From positions 160,743,231-160,784,986 of the forward strand of contig NC_068982.1 of NCBI RefSeq assembly GCF_001194135.2: 41,756 nt of DNA, given 5' to 3'. The notes under the pieces were generated by a model, which was not told where the DNA came from, searched no databases, and was given only the letters and a program-made list of their open reading frames with translations. Both the position numbers and the translations under genes were made by a program. Shown here piece by piece: positions 1 to 12,196 of this stretch (position 1 is the first letter of the stretch; the number at the start of each line of letters is the position of its first letter). The DNA comes from Octopus bimaculoides (Eukaryota).

Positions 1-705
1 TGTGTGTGTGTGTGTGTGTAGTGAATGTTTGAATTACAAATGGGTTTCTGGGAACGTTCTTTTTTAAGCAATTTGTCTGCTGACATCTTTGTCCAGAAAG
101 GCCAGCAAGTTTATTGATTTCAATAAATATATGTGTATGTAACGGAAAAGCAGCTGTTCGTTGAAGAATGAAATGAAGAAAAAGTGATTTCTGAGATGAT
201 TGTTTTGATGACAACTTTATCCCGAAATGTTTATCTGTTTATTAATTTCAATAATTCAATGATTTGGTTTTAATCTGGGAAACGGTCGAATGGTTTTTGT
301 TCAAGGTATGTGAACAGGTCTTTGGAGTGTTCTATAAACATTGGTGTACTCAGTGAGTAGTAGTAATGGTGGTGGTAGGGGTATGTGCGTGTGCCTGTGT
401 GTTTGTGCGTGGTGGTTGTGCAAAACTTATTTTTCTCAATAATTTGTTTTAGGAACAGCAGTAAGAACACTATTATTGTCTACTGATGATCTAGCTTTGA
501 TCATCAGAAAAAGTCATACTTTAATAAAATTTCCAGTTTTTATGTTTTGTTATAAAATATTTCTCCATTCATTGTTGTATTTCTGGATAGTCATTTTGTT
601 TTTCATAAATAAACACACGCACTATATATTCGTTCTTTACTTCAGCTTTATTATTGTTCTTATTTTAATGCTTTTTGTCTAAATCTTTCGTCAAACACAC
701 TGTGA

Positions 706-1116
706 TCTCTTCAGGGATTCTCCATTCCACGTGTTAAAAAAGAGGATAAAGACTTTGTCACGTATGCCGGGACCATAAGCAGAATGTGCGAAAGGTTTGA
801 ACTGAAGGAACTAACTCCTGATATGTTTAAGTGCCTCATTTTTGTGCAACAGCTGACGGCGAACAAAGATGCAGAGATATATGCAAGAATTTTCACAATA
901 CGTGAACACGCGGACCAGAGTTTAACCCTGCCAACAGTTGCAGGAGAGTCTCGAAGAATGGTAAACTTGCGACAGGACGTAAAAGAAATTGAAGAGAAGG
1001 ATTTCTCACAAGTACAGGCATGTCGATCGGGAAGGAATAAACAACATAAGATGTTATGTCCAAACCCATGCCACGGATGTGGAGGCCGACATTTCAGGAA
1101 GGAGATTAGGCGTTAA
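706..1116 (+). mobile_element. Ty3/Gypsy LTR-retrotransposon gag fragment (open frame, truncated in the zinc knuckle)
   Basis: The frame is open from 706 to 1116. Translation KKEDKDFVTYAGTISRMCERFELKELTPDMFKCLIFVQQLTANKDAEIYARI...LTLPTVAGESRRMVNLRQD...PNPCHGCGGRHFRKE matches the invertebrate Gypsy gag pattern I recall (EDFVTYAG.VN..CE.F.L..LT.DQFKCLIFV.GL...D..IR.R.L), followed by the first half of a Cys/His knuckle. Confidence 0.8.
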
Positions 1117-1150
1117 TCGCAGGAGGTCGTAAGGTGTCGTTTTGGTAATC

Positions 1151-1182
1151 TGTCGGAATTTCATTTGTGATTTTCGTGTGTG

Positions 1183-1222
<40 letters not shown>

Positions 1223-1530
1223 AAATATATAAAATAGGATACATACATATATATATATATATANNNNNNNNNNNNNNNNNNNNNNNNNNNNNNNNNNNNN
1301 NNNNNNNNNNNNNNNNNNNNNNNNNNNNNNNNNNNNNNNNNNNNNNNNNNNNNNNNNNNNNNNNNNNNNNNNNNNNNNNNNNNNNNNNNNNNNNNNNNNN
1401 NNNNNNNNNNNNNNNNNNNNNNNNNNNNNNNNNNNNNNNNNNNNNNNNNNNNNNNNNNNNNNNNNNNNNNNNNNNNNNNNNNNNNTATAATAGTGTACAT
1501 TTAAACACAAGAGAAAACGGCCTTCGAACA
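1151..1530 (+). mobile_element. Probable LTR of the Gypsy element, containing a TA microsatellite and an assembly gap
   Basis: Begins TGTCGGAAT at 1151 and ends TTCGAACA at 1530 (TG...CA termini), immediately 3' of the gag fragment. No second LTR copy is visible to confirm it. Confidence 0.4.
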
Positions 1531-2007
1531 AGTAATTCAGGAGTAAAATATTTGCGAAGATATGCCCCTGTTATTATCTAGTGTAACAATTAAAACTGAC
1601 AATAACAGAATGAATAATATAGGCGATTGCAGGCCTCAAAAAGCATTAAATAGCTGAAGGATTAAAATTAATCAAAGGGCATAAGTAAGAATATCTACCT
1701 GCTGGAAATAACAGTCAAAATTCTTATTTAAATCACCGAAAAAACACTGATGATAACTACAGAAATCAGCCGTCTGTGCGCAAAACTGTCAGGACAATCT
1801 TTCAAGTATTTGGACTCACTTGGACCGGTTTTTGGACTGCCATTATAGCCTCATCTTCTTCAGCACGTGTTCCAGACTAGTACTGAAATTCTTCAGGCTT
1901 AGAAAATCCTGGCTCCACATATTTGTTCGGGTTCAGCAAAAAGTAAAATATAATCCAAATGATAAGACAAGAAATATACATCTTTAATCACCAGTTATAG
2001 TTGTCTC

Positions 2008-2323
2008 TGCAACGCCAGTTTACGCAAAAGTTCGCAAATATTGTTAATCACTCGTTTTTTATTGTTTTTATTTTATCTAATGTTTATTGTTAGACAATGG
2101 ACATATGATGAAAGAAAACAATACTAAATGAGTAAAGAATGAATATATAGTGCGTGTGTTTATTTGGCAAGACAAAAATGACCATCCCGAAATATAACAA
2201 TATGTTTCAACACACGATTACACATCAGGAGTCTTGCAAAACAAATTCATATTTGCAAATATTGTAAAACCGATAATATTACGTAAACTTTTACTTTAAA
2301 TTTTTGTGTATACTGGCGTTGCA
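2008..2323. mobile_element. Small TIR element (MITE-like)
   Basis: TGCAACGCCAGT at 2008-2019 and ACTGGCGTTGCA at 2312-2323 are a perfect 12-bp inverted repeat, with about 10 more imperfectly paired bases inward. The interior is AT-rich and non-coding; no clear TSD. Confidence 0.5.
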
Positions 2324-4049
2324 AGTAGAGATGTAAATCATCATTAAAGATATGTTAAAGTAATTGTCATATTATTTGGAATATTATCTTATTATTTCGA
2401 ATATATATTCTTTGTTCTTTTACTTGGTTCAATCAGATTAACTGTGATAATGAGAAGCAAGTCATGACTGACGCAGGAATATACTATTGAACTGCTTACC
2501 CATCATGCCTCATCTTTGAATCTTTAGTAATTTCATGTGGTAACTTTCACCTTTCAGCCGCCCTGTGCTGAAATCCACCCTGAAATTCCAGATGATAGAC
2601 GAGATCGATCATAAATAGCTACGATAACTGTGTTCTACCCACCAAAACTCGACCATGAAGCATTTCAGTAGCAAAAGGAAATTAGCCGGAGTGGTGCATC
2701 ATTTTGGCGGAAACTATAGCGAAGGAGACAAGCTTGATTAAATTATAAGTAAGGCAGTATATTTTTTTTAATATCTTCATCTATGTTTTATTCAGACATC
2801 GTATGTAAAATTATAATGCATTGAACTGCTGGACTACTTATTCGTTTCGTTTCTGAAGTCATAAGAGACGTAACAAGAAAATAATGATGCATGAAAAATA
2901 TTCATAAACAATTGTGGTAATTTGAGAAATCGGCCTTAGTTACTGATGACTACCTTAGTTACTAATAGCTGCCTCGAAGGTCATAGCATCACTCATTCAG
3001 CCACGATAATTTACTGCAGAATGTATTTATTATATTTTTTATGTATTCTATTATTAAGAAACATTCATAATAATGATGTACCCTAACATTTCACCATACT
3101 TTTTCATATTTATATTTATTTTTTTAAGTGCATAGTGAACATTGTACACCTTACATTTCTAAATTACCATTAACAGTATACACGATATTTGTGAGTAGAC
3201 AGATGTTTACATAATTTTGAATTTTTTCTTTCGTTATACGGGAATTTCATAATAAAAATACATTCGCTGAAAGAACATATAAAACTTTGAAAATATAAAT
3301 AAAAATTTGGAACTTATACTTTATATTTTTGTCACCTGAAGACTAAGGAGTGTATTTTTAAAACTTTTTCCACACTTTGAAGTTGCTTTCAGCACAACAT
3401 ATTTATTAGATTATAAGAAACTGATGTCGCTATTTTAATCCCTGTGTTATTTACTTAAAAAGCTCATTCAAGACGTTACTTTCGAATACTCTATCCTTTG
3501 TTTAGCGTCACTGACTGCCAGAGAAAATCTTTTGGAAAGGACTAAAACTCACTTTCTTACAGAACAGAAGTCGGCGATGCAACGTTGGAGGTTTCTCGTG
3601 GTTTACTCGAACTGCAATACATATCAGTGAAATCTTGCTCAAATTCGCTTTACAGTGTTAGAAGAATGATATGTTAAATAATGGAGATTTACAGACATCG
3701 TTTATATAATGCTTCCAGGTCTACATATAAATATGTAAATAAAAATGACGAGATAGTCATTATTTAGACTTTTTGATCATATATCGGTTCAATAAGAGTT
3801 GACCTGAGGCTTAACAACAACAGAAGTCCGAAATATAGATGATGTATCGGGAGACATACTAACAGCTGAGGTATAATAGAGTATTCCCTCTTCCTCAATT
3901 TATGGCAACTACATCATAACAAAGTGTACATAACAAGATGACAAGATGGTCATTTCATGTCATTGACGTGCGACTAGTGATTTACAGAATCAGATAAACG
4001 ATTCTTTCACTTTCAAACAACATATTTCTTTCGGTGGATCATTGGCCCC

Positions 4050-4900
4050 GCTCACACTCTCTCCCTATGTAACATAAGAGCAATTGCAAATCCAATCCAC
4101 ATTCAAATAGTAACAACCAAGTCTCTTTCAACTCACTCTTTACCATCTTAACAAAGGAAAGAATATACTATATAATGTGGCTTTAAATATAAAATTACAT
4201 TCAAGTAGGCAATTTTTGCTATAGATCTTTTCGATCTGATCCAGCTTGGTGGTGAACAAGAGTAACAGCATAAATCACATGTTATTTCTTTCGAAGTCAC
4301 CAATAGATCATCCGCACTATCTAGCGCAAATTTACTCGCCTCGCTCTACTCTATATTTCACGTTTACACGACGATTACTTTGTATCCTCCCTCCCCACTA
4401 ATTTCATCTTTCATTTGTATACCAGCAGCAAAGTATTCTACTCGTTGCAGCCGTACTTCTCTTTCTCTTTCTTCTAAGTTTATACAAGAATTCTTTCACC
4501 GTCTCCGAGTTATGTCGTTCGACTCTTTCGTTCTTCATTGGCTATATCTTATTAAATCTCTTTTACCTCTCTCCCAAGTCATCAAATTCTATTAACATAA
4601 TATATATCACCATTCATAGACTCCCTCATATCTGCATAGCATTTAATATGCACAACTATAATTTAGTCACCTTCAAAAGTATCAAGAAACAACTGCTGCA
4701 CACACCAAGTCACATATTTTCAAACACAACTACTCTCCATACAAAAAGTATGCAACTAGCCTCTGAAAAGAACTACAAGTGCAATGCTTCAAATCTCAGA
4801 CGGCTATTCATCACGTGTGCATATGTTAAAGGAAAACTTAAAAGATTTCAATTGCCAAGAGTACCGTAGTCTCTTGTAACGAAGTAAACTTTTACATGCC
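4050..4900 (-). mobile_element. Highly decayed non-LTR reverse transcriptase remnant (RTE-like)
   Basis: Minus-strand pieces occur in RT order: GN*NLLSFPLTYAHVMNSRL (~4860-4797; cf. GNYRGISLLS..GKVYARV...RL), LFLDTF (~4700; cf. FLD.EKAYD) and SADDLLV (~4318-4298; cf. YADD). Many stops and frameshifts. Confidence 0.45.
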
Positions 4901-6489
4901 TAGTTTTTTCACTATTTGTCATTCCTGATGGAATGGCAATACCCGAAAAATCAGATTCTACACTTCCCACAACAACGGAACCCATTGTGTTCTCCTTTTA
5001 TCTGTCTTATTGAATATTTATTGACTAAGCAGAGCATCACCAATTTCCCCTGATCTCAGAATTTCTTGGTCCATATACATATAAAATAGTCACTATTTTA
5101 ATAGAATACGCTATTTCGCATATTTTAATAGTATTATGATACCTAAAAAATAATAAATAATGAAAACGGGGTGCTTCAAACTTTGCGAAAAGGGAAACGT
5201 AAGTAGCACTTACATAATTCAGGCACAAAGGCCCATCATCAGAAGTAAATGGCTTAGAAACGTGAGTTTATGTAGATCTTGCTATTTTGATTTTCGAACG
5301 GGCAATAATAGAACACCCAATTTGTAATTAAGATTACTTCATCAATTATGATTTTCTACCATTCTGCAAGTCTCCAGTTTGATAAACTTCAGAGTTTTAC
5401 TCACATAGTTGATGTTGCTCCATTCACTAATATCGAAGAACAACTCGGGAAATCAATCACTCGGTTGTTTAGCAGATGTTCATTTCTCAATTTCATTTCT
5501 CAATAACCAATACTTCATCAGCACGTTGTTTCCTCCTACCGTTTATTTTGTCACTACTATTAGCAGTTTACTGTTCCTGTAATTAATTGAGCTACATAGG
5601 AGAACTTAGACCAGTTTCTCTCTCAGAACAGTCTTGTTGAGTCTTGCTATATCACGTTCAATTTAAAATGCTCCCTTCTGGTGTCTCCCTATCCCACTTC
5701 AGAAACTTAACTTCTGAAATTCATTTCTTCGTCCACATTTTTTCTACCGTTACACCACTTGAACTACGCTAGTCGTAGAAGTTTGCAGGGACGCATAATT
5801 GCTATAACAATTGATATTCTATGTCATGAGGGTTTTATTTTTTAAAATTTCAGCTTAAATGCTCAGTGAGAAGATCAGAGATTCTACATGGTCCTTCTTC
5901 AAAGTCTCAGAAAATAGTGAACGGAAAAGGAAAAAGTTAATTTCACATCATAGATCTTGTCCGAATGTGTAATGTTGCGGACTCTTTTCGAGCCACTCAA
6001 TGGTCAGATGGTGGTTTTAACCGTACAAGTAGTACGGTTAAACGACTTCTCCAAATGTGTTTCCATACAGATTTCGTTTAATAATTTTCATTCACAAAGG
6101 CTTTCGTTTGCTTCCAGTTGATTGGAGAAGACTTAGCTCAAAGACCTGCGCAGTTAGATAGAACTCGAAATCTCTCACCTGCGAACCTAACTTTTTAACC
6201 ACAAAACTATGTCTAGTGGAGGCCAAATAAACTATATAATATAATATGGGAGCCAAATATAACATGGGGGCCTAATAAACTTCTATTCATCGTTACCCAC
6301 GTATCTAGAATGTTATAAAGATTGTAGAGAAACATCTATTATTTCTATTAACTACAGCCTTATACATCGAACATTTGAAAAACCACCAGAAACACATAAA
6401 TATATCACGATGCGATGCAAGAGACAATGTTCGAAGCAAGTAAATAATTATTTCTTACGATCTATGTGAGTATATGTGTTATTGTATAA

Positions 6490-6595
6490 ATATGTGTGTG
6501 CATGTGTGCGTGCGAGCGTGTGCGTGTGTGTGTGCGTGTGTGTATGCGTGTGTGTGTGTGTATGTGCGTGTGTGTGCTTGTGTGTGTGTGTGTAT

Positions 6596-6633
<38 letters not shown>
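6490..6633. repeat. Imperfect (TG)n microsatellite
   Basis: Read directly from the sequence. Confidence 0.95.
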
Positions 6634-6635
<2 letters not shown>

Positions 6636-7405
6636 CTATGCGCATACTGATCAAAGTGAATTTGCTTTAAAAGTTTTCTAATATTCTTACATTGACTAGT
6701 GAAGTGGGAAAATATTTCCTGTAACTTAGTTAATATTGAGTGATTTAATGAGAGTTTTATTAAAATCTCGTGTTTTAACATATTGTTTTTTTCTCGGTTA
6801 AATGTTTTCCCTTCTACAAAGGTTGTTAATTAATATGTGAAAGCAGTTAATAATAAGAACCAATAAATACGATTTCTCATTGTATAATTAAAGTTATCAT
6901 GCTTATAAATCTGCATATTACAGATGGAATGATACATGAAATGCATTGTGTGTTGTCTAATCAATTGTAATTGAAAATATGGTTAAAGTTAATTAAACCC
7001 TTTTTCATGTTGTGGAAAACATCAGCTTTTTACTTCAATTTTTTCTTTCTTCTTTAACCACGAAATCGAAAGTTGCAAATTACAAGATATAAATGCAGCT
7101 ATCAAGAAACCAACTGATATGAGTGACTTACAATCATTTTAATTTTAGTTTGATGTAGTGAAGTTGTTTGTTTTTCTTTCTTTATCTTAGTTTTGTGCAA
7201 GGCGGAGACGAGATTATCAGCAAAATTACAGTTTTAAGGAACCACTAAAATTCTGTGATATTAATAGTGATCTGTGTTAGCAAAAGTAAATACAGTAAAA
7301 CCTAAAAATATATATATAAAACGGAGTAGTGATAAGCTTGAGAAAAAACTCTCTTAAATGTTCTTCATATTTTGTCACCTGATATAGCACTACTAACTCG
7401 GCTTT

Positions 7406-7621
7406 CTATGCATTTTAGAGAAGTCTACACTGCTGGCAGCAATTGGACTGTCTCCTTTCTGAGGATAAATCGATACCTTGATGCATGACACCCTAATACA
7501 TATATGCTTCCTGCTCTATCACGCACACAACCAGTGTCGGAACATCTACAAAGATGATGGAAGCTAATATACCTTTTCTAAATAAGCCATAACATGACAG
7601 AACAAAATGAGAATCATTTCT
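7406..7621 (+). repeat. Copy 1 of a ~215-bp local direct repeat (copy 2 at 8353-8565)
   Basis: CTATGCATTTTAGAGAAGTCTACACTGCTGGCAGC...GACAGAACAAAATGAGAATCATTTCT aligns by eye at roughly 90% with 8353-8565. Confidence 0.95.
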
Positions 7622-7859
7622 TTTTCTTTTCGAAACTATCATAAGTTTTTAGAGTGATATATTTGGCAGCTTGTATTATTTTGTGTATGATATAGAGTGG
7701 GTTGTAATGAGTTTGAAACTGCTTGACTGTAGGCAGCTGCAATAATCTACATATAACATGCATCTGTGTCTGCATTTGTAGTGTTGAGTATTTTACAAAT
7801 CAATATTGGTTTCAAACACAAGGCGGCGAACTGACAAAATCATTTCTGCTCCGGGCAAA

Positions 7860-8990
7860 ATGCTCGTCAGTATGAGAAAACTTTTTTACTATCAGAGCAT
7901 CTTTTAGAGAGCGAAAAAGGTACAAATCAGTTGGTTCAAGGTCTGGTGAATATGGTGGATGGGGTAGAACAGACCGACCCAAATCCAATATATTGTCCAG
8001 CGTGATACTTGCTGAATGTGGTCTTACGTTATCACGCAGAAGCACAACGCTTCTCCAACTGACGAGTGCAGGGCGTTTCCTTCATATATTTTTGTGCACA
8101 CGTTGCAGCTGTTGAGAGTGTAAGTAGGCATTTAGTGTTTGATTGCGGTTTAAAAATTCTAAATGAATAATCCAACGGTGATCCCATCATACACACAACA
8201 TGACCTTCTTTCTATGGAGCTCAGCCTTTGATGTAAGTTGTGGAGATTTATCCTTGTCAATCCACTGCTTTTTGCGTTGAACATAAAAGACTCATTTTTC
8301 ATCATCTGTAATATTATTCAGAAACAGGTAATTTTTCTGCCTTGAAAGAAGACTATGCATTTTAGAGAAGTCTACACTGCTGGCAGCGATTGGACTGTCT
8401 CCTTTCTGAGGATAAATCGATTCTTTGATGTATGACACCCTAATATATATATACTCTTTTCTCCATCACGTACACAACTAGTGTCAAAGCATCTACAAAG
8501 ATGATGGAAGCTAATATACCTTTTCTAAATAAGCCATAATATGACAGAATACGAGAATTATTTCTTGTCGCTATTCTTCTCACTAAGAGTATGGGGAACC
8601 CAAACACCCAGCTTACTGAATTTTCCTATCTGTTTTCAAGCGGCGGCAGATAGTGGACTGGTATGTGCTGAGCTCAATTTCTAATTCCCGAGTACTTTTA
8701 CGAGGACTGAATTCCGCTAATTCTCTTAAAGCATCTTGATCGAAGTCTGATGTGAGTCCTTGTCTGAGTTGATTTCTCAATAACAAATCTCCGGAACGAG
8801 ACTCTGGAAACCAATTTCGCACTTGCCGGTTAGTAATGCTACCTTGGCGACAAACACTTCATTAGCTGTGGCATATTTTCCATTCTTAAACTCCCACATC
8901 ACATGTCGAATATGCACTTTAAGCTCATTCATTTTAGGGGAGTGAAATTTAATATTAAACTTTGATGTACACGCTTTCACTGCTTAAATA
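7860..8990 (-). mobile_element. Decayed mariner (D,D34D) transposase, interrupted by a 215-bp insertion
   Basis: Minus-strand fragments in order: MNELKVHIRHVMWEFKNG (from 8932), STRELEIELSTYQSTICRRL (HTH), a DEK-type motif (~8300), KKVMLCV*WD, and DNVRPH...HPPYSPDLEPTD with 34 residues between the second and third Asp. Multiple frameshifts; TIRs not identified. Confidence 0.9.
8353..8565 (+). repeat. Copy 2 of the 215-bp segment, inserted within the mariner transposase
   Basis: Removing it rejoins minus-strand AGCGACAAG|TCTTCTTTCAAGG of the transposase. No TIR or TSD is seen. Confidence 0.9.
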
Positions 8991-9142
8991 AGAAAGACAG
9001 ATGAGGCTCTTTCAAAAATGATACTTTCTATTTCAATTTTAAACATCTGAAGTTTGGGTTATAATAAAAAGAATTTGCAGTACATGTTTCTTGTATTTCA
9101 GATTTAAAGCCATTACTGTCTCTTGTACATCAAATATTTCAT

Positions 9143-9318
9143 AGCAGCATTTCTTCTGATTTTACGTTTTGAGTTGAAATTCCGCCGAGTTCGACTTGAC
9201 CTTTCATTCTCTCTGGGTCGATAAAATAAGTACCGATCCAGCATCTAGGGTTGATGTAATCGAATAGCCCCTCCTCCAAAATTTCAGGCCTTGTTCTCAC
9301 AGTAGGAAGAACTATTAT
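9143..9318 (+). mobile_element. tRNA-derived SINE, family A (5'-truncated)
   Basis: Contains the B-box-like GAGTTGAAATTCCGCCGAG, the shared core CCTTTCAT...GGGTCGATAAAATAAGTACC and the tail TTTCAGGCCTTG; homologous to copies at 13318, 23103, 26275, 31446 and 33787. Confidence 0.85.
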
Positions 9319-10099
9319 CACTGTTATTATTGTTGTTGTGGTTGTTGATATTTCTATTATTGATATTAGTATTGTTTCTTATTACAATCCTTTGTAATAT
9401 AATTGATATTATTATTTTTGTTATTTTGGTACTCATGAATATATAAGCAACGGAAAATATTTTTGCGAATCATGTGTGATAACTATATATAATTAAGTAA
9501 TAAAAGAAATAATACAAGCCGGTGGTTTGTACCTTGAAATTCTGCTTCAGTACTTCGGGCTCCCTTCTTCAGGAAATCTTCAGAGATATGGTGCTGTGAG
9601 CTGCTTTCCTGTCTGTAGTGTGGTATGTGTATATCTGTATGTGTGATATATGTATGGTTGGACGAATGCAAGAATGCATATGCATACACATTCATGCATA
9701 TATTAGTTTTTAAATTTTGTAACAGATTTATTAAAATACCAAGTCGGGTTCGACGTTTTTTTCTTGCTTTTCGATGGTAAATATAAAGGAAAACAGATTA
9801 GAAGAGATAGAAAGTATAAGGGAAAATTCTGGAAAACATGCTTAAGATATCAAATATTGATAAAAATTCCAATATTCAATAATTTCCAAAGAGATAGACA
9901 GTAATGCAAATTCAAGTGTTCGATGAATTTCATAAGAGTCATGTATGGCCGAACGTTCAGTGTCATTGAGTTATATTAACAATTAGATACGATGAAGTAG
10001 TTAAAGCGTAAGAAAGATTCAAGATCTGAATGCTTGTAAATTTAATGACATCACTTGTTTATATATGTATATATATTCATAACTTTATATGGGAATAAT

Positions 10100-11460
10100 A
10101 TGCCCTGTCTATGAAGGAGACGAGATGCTAAACTCTAAAAGCCCATCTCTCTGGCATCACATCAGAGAAGTTATGGAATGAATTGTTAGACGAAACTAAT
10201 TGCGTTCCTTGAAGCGAATGACTTGCTAACTAATAAGTAGTATGGCTTTCGACAGGTAGAAGCACCCCGGCGAAATTCTAACAGGACTACGTCTGGATGT
10301 TAAAGTAACTACTCTACAACTCAAATGTGAACGTGATATATCGCTACCTTGCAAAAACCTTTGATAAAGTCGATCATGGTATGATATGTCAGAAGCTGCA
10401 TGATCTCGCTTTTGAAAAGATAGAAGCCAGGCAGTGGTAGTCAATGGTGCTACCTCTAATAAAACACAAATAGTGAGTGATGTTCCTTAGAGTCATTGCT
10501 ACTCATTGTTGTTCTTTCAGACATGCGCTCAGTTGCACAGACAACTAACCTCGCTTTCTATGCAGACGAGACAAACTTCTCTCAGAGAATTTTCTCATGA
10601 GGGTTGCGCACCTGCAACAGGTGTTGAACTCTATATACAAATGGACTGAGGACAATAATATGCAGTCTAATGCTAGAAAAGTCCCAGTCCTGCGCTCCCT
10701 GCACTCACAGATTAATGAAATGCAGGCAAGATACTCTGGCCTAGGAGGGACTGGAATATCTAAATCAGAATCAGGCCGGGGTACTGACGTGAGTAATGAT
10801 GCATCTTTCCAGGTGCGTATTACTAAGTTGATAATAAAATACAGACGTTGACCAGATAGATCCTTAGATCTTTCAGAACGAGAGAATGGGAAACAATAAT
10901 GGTCTTCTGGAGGATATTTGACCGCAACTGCTATGTCTATTGCTCCAAGCTATGGTCAGCATACAATATAAAATTAAAAGCGAAACTAGAAGCAATCCAG
11001 CGAAGCTACACAACGATCATCTCAATACGACTGATCAGATACTGGGAGAGGCTGAAAAAGTTAAAACTATTTCCTAAAACGAAGACAGGAAAGGTATGTA
11101 GTGATATACATCTGCAAAATCCTGGAAGGACTTGTACCAAATTTTGGTACGGAGTGTTACACAAACACCAGAACTGGGCGCTTATACATTGTGCCAAAGA
11201 TGCACCATCAAGATGCCGGACCAGATACTGCTATAGCTTGAATTTCAAGGGCTCACAGTTTTTCCAATATCCTCCCAAAAAGCCTCCTGTTAAGAGTTCC
11301 GGACGAACCTACCTCGCAGCAGGAAACGCACACGAGGGCAGCAACATCAAACGCCTTCATTCACCAAATGCCACAAGTCAGAGCTTTTGAAGTAATGAAA
11401 GTGTTGGAAAACTAACCCTGGTGCCCCAGTATGGCCACAACTCTCGAGCTGAAACTAGTT
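10100..11460 (+). mobile_element. 5'-truncated, decayed CR1/L2-group LINE (RT domain and C-terminus)
   Basis: Fragments in order: PISLASHIREVM, YGFRQ, KTFDKVDHGMICQKLHDL, QAVVVNGATSNKTQIVSDVP, FYADETN (YADD motif), YCSKLWSAY..KLEAIQRSYT, YWERLKKLKLF, SRCRTRYCYSLNFKG. Many frameshifts. Confidence 0.9.
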
Positions 11461-12120
11461 AACGAGTTGCTTACACATCTGACAACTAAACAGATTATAT
11501 TTTTTAGTTTTTAAATATTTATCTGAATCCAAAATACCATACTCTATACAGAAATAGGTCTAAAATATACAAGTAATTATATTTTGCTCTTGTTCATGGA
11601 AACATGCATTGAACAATTTATTCGTTCAAGATGGTCGTATTAAACACTCTTCTTTACAAGATATTAACCAACCTCGCTACACTCATGCAAATTAAATTAT
11701 AGCTGATAAATTTATGCAATATAAACTTATATTGTGCGTAGACGTACACACCTACCACCAATCTCACATCAAAACATTATCCGCAACATTTCTTCATTGA
11801 TTTTATTGCACACATCAAAGATGATTTGTACCACTGCTGCATTGTCACTAGTTTGAAATAAAACCTGTGTGATTTTAGACCACGTTATATTAAATAAAAT
11901 AGAATTAGTATCTGCTCTGTAGTAACCAGAACTTTAAATTTAAATGTTGCTTCATATGTACTGTTCCTTCTGGTGTTCACTATAAAACAATTACTGTATC
12001 AACAAGTTAACAGTACTCCGTGAGTGTTTCAGTGAAACTGCTCTCAATTGATCGATGCACAAAGCAACACCGTGAACGGTATGCAGTATCTGATCGTGTG
12101 AAAAGAACGTGCCACCAATG

Positions 12121-12195
<75 letters not shown>
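12121..12195. repeat. (AGAT)n microsatellite
   Basis: Perfect tetranucleotide array read directly. Confidence 0.97.

Positions 12196-12196
<1 letters not shown>

Noticed and set aside
1745-1800. CTGATGA followed by a partial stem, a possible hammerhead
   Set aside because: No GAAA box as written and no stem I pairing.
6017-6043. 11-bp perfect hairpin TTTAACCGTAC-AAGTA-GTACGGTTAAA as a Helitron 3' end
   Set aside because: No CTRR terminus at the expected distance on either strand and no other Helitron evidence.
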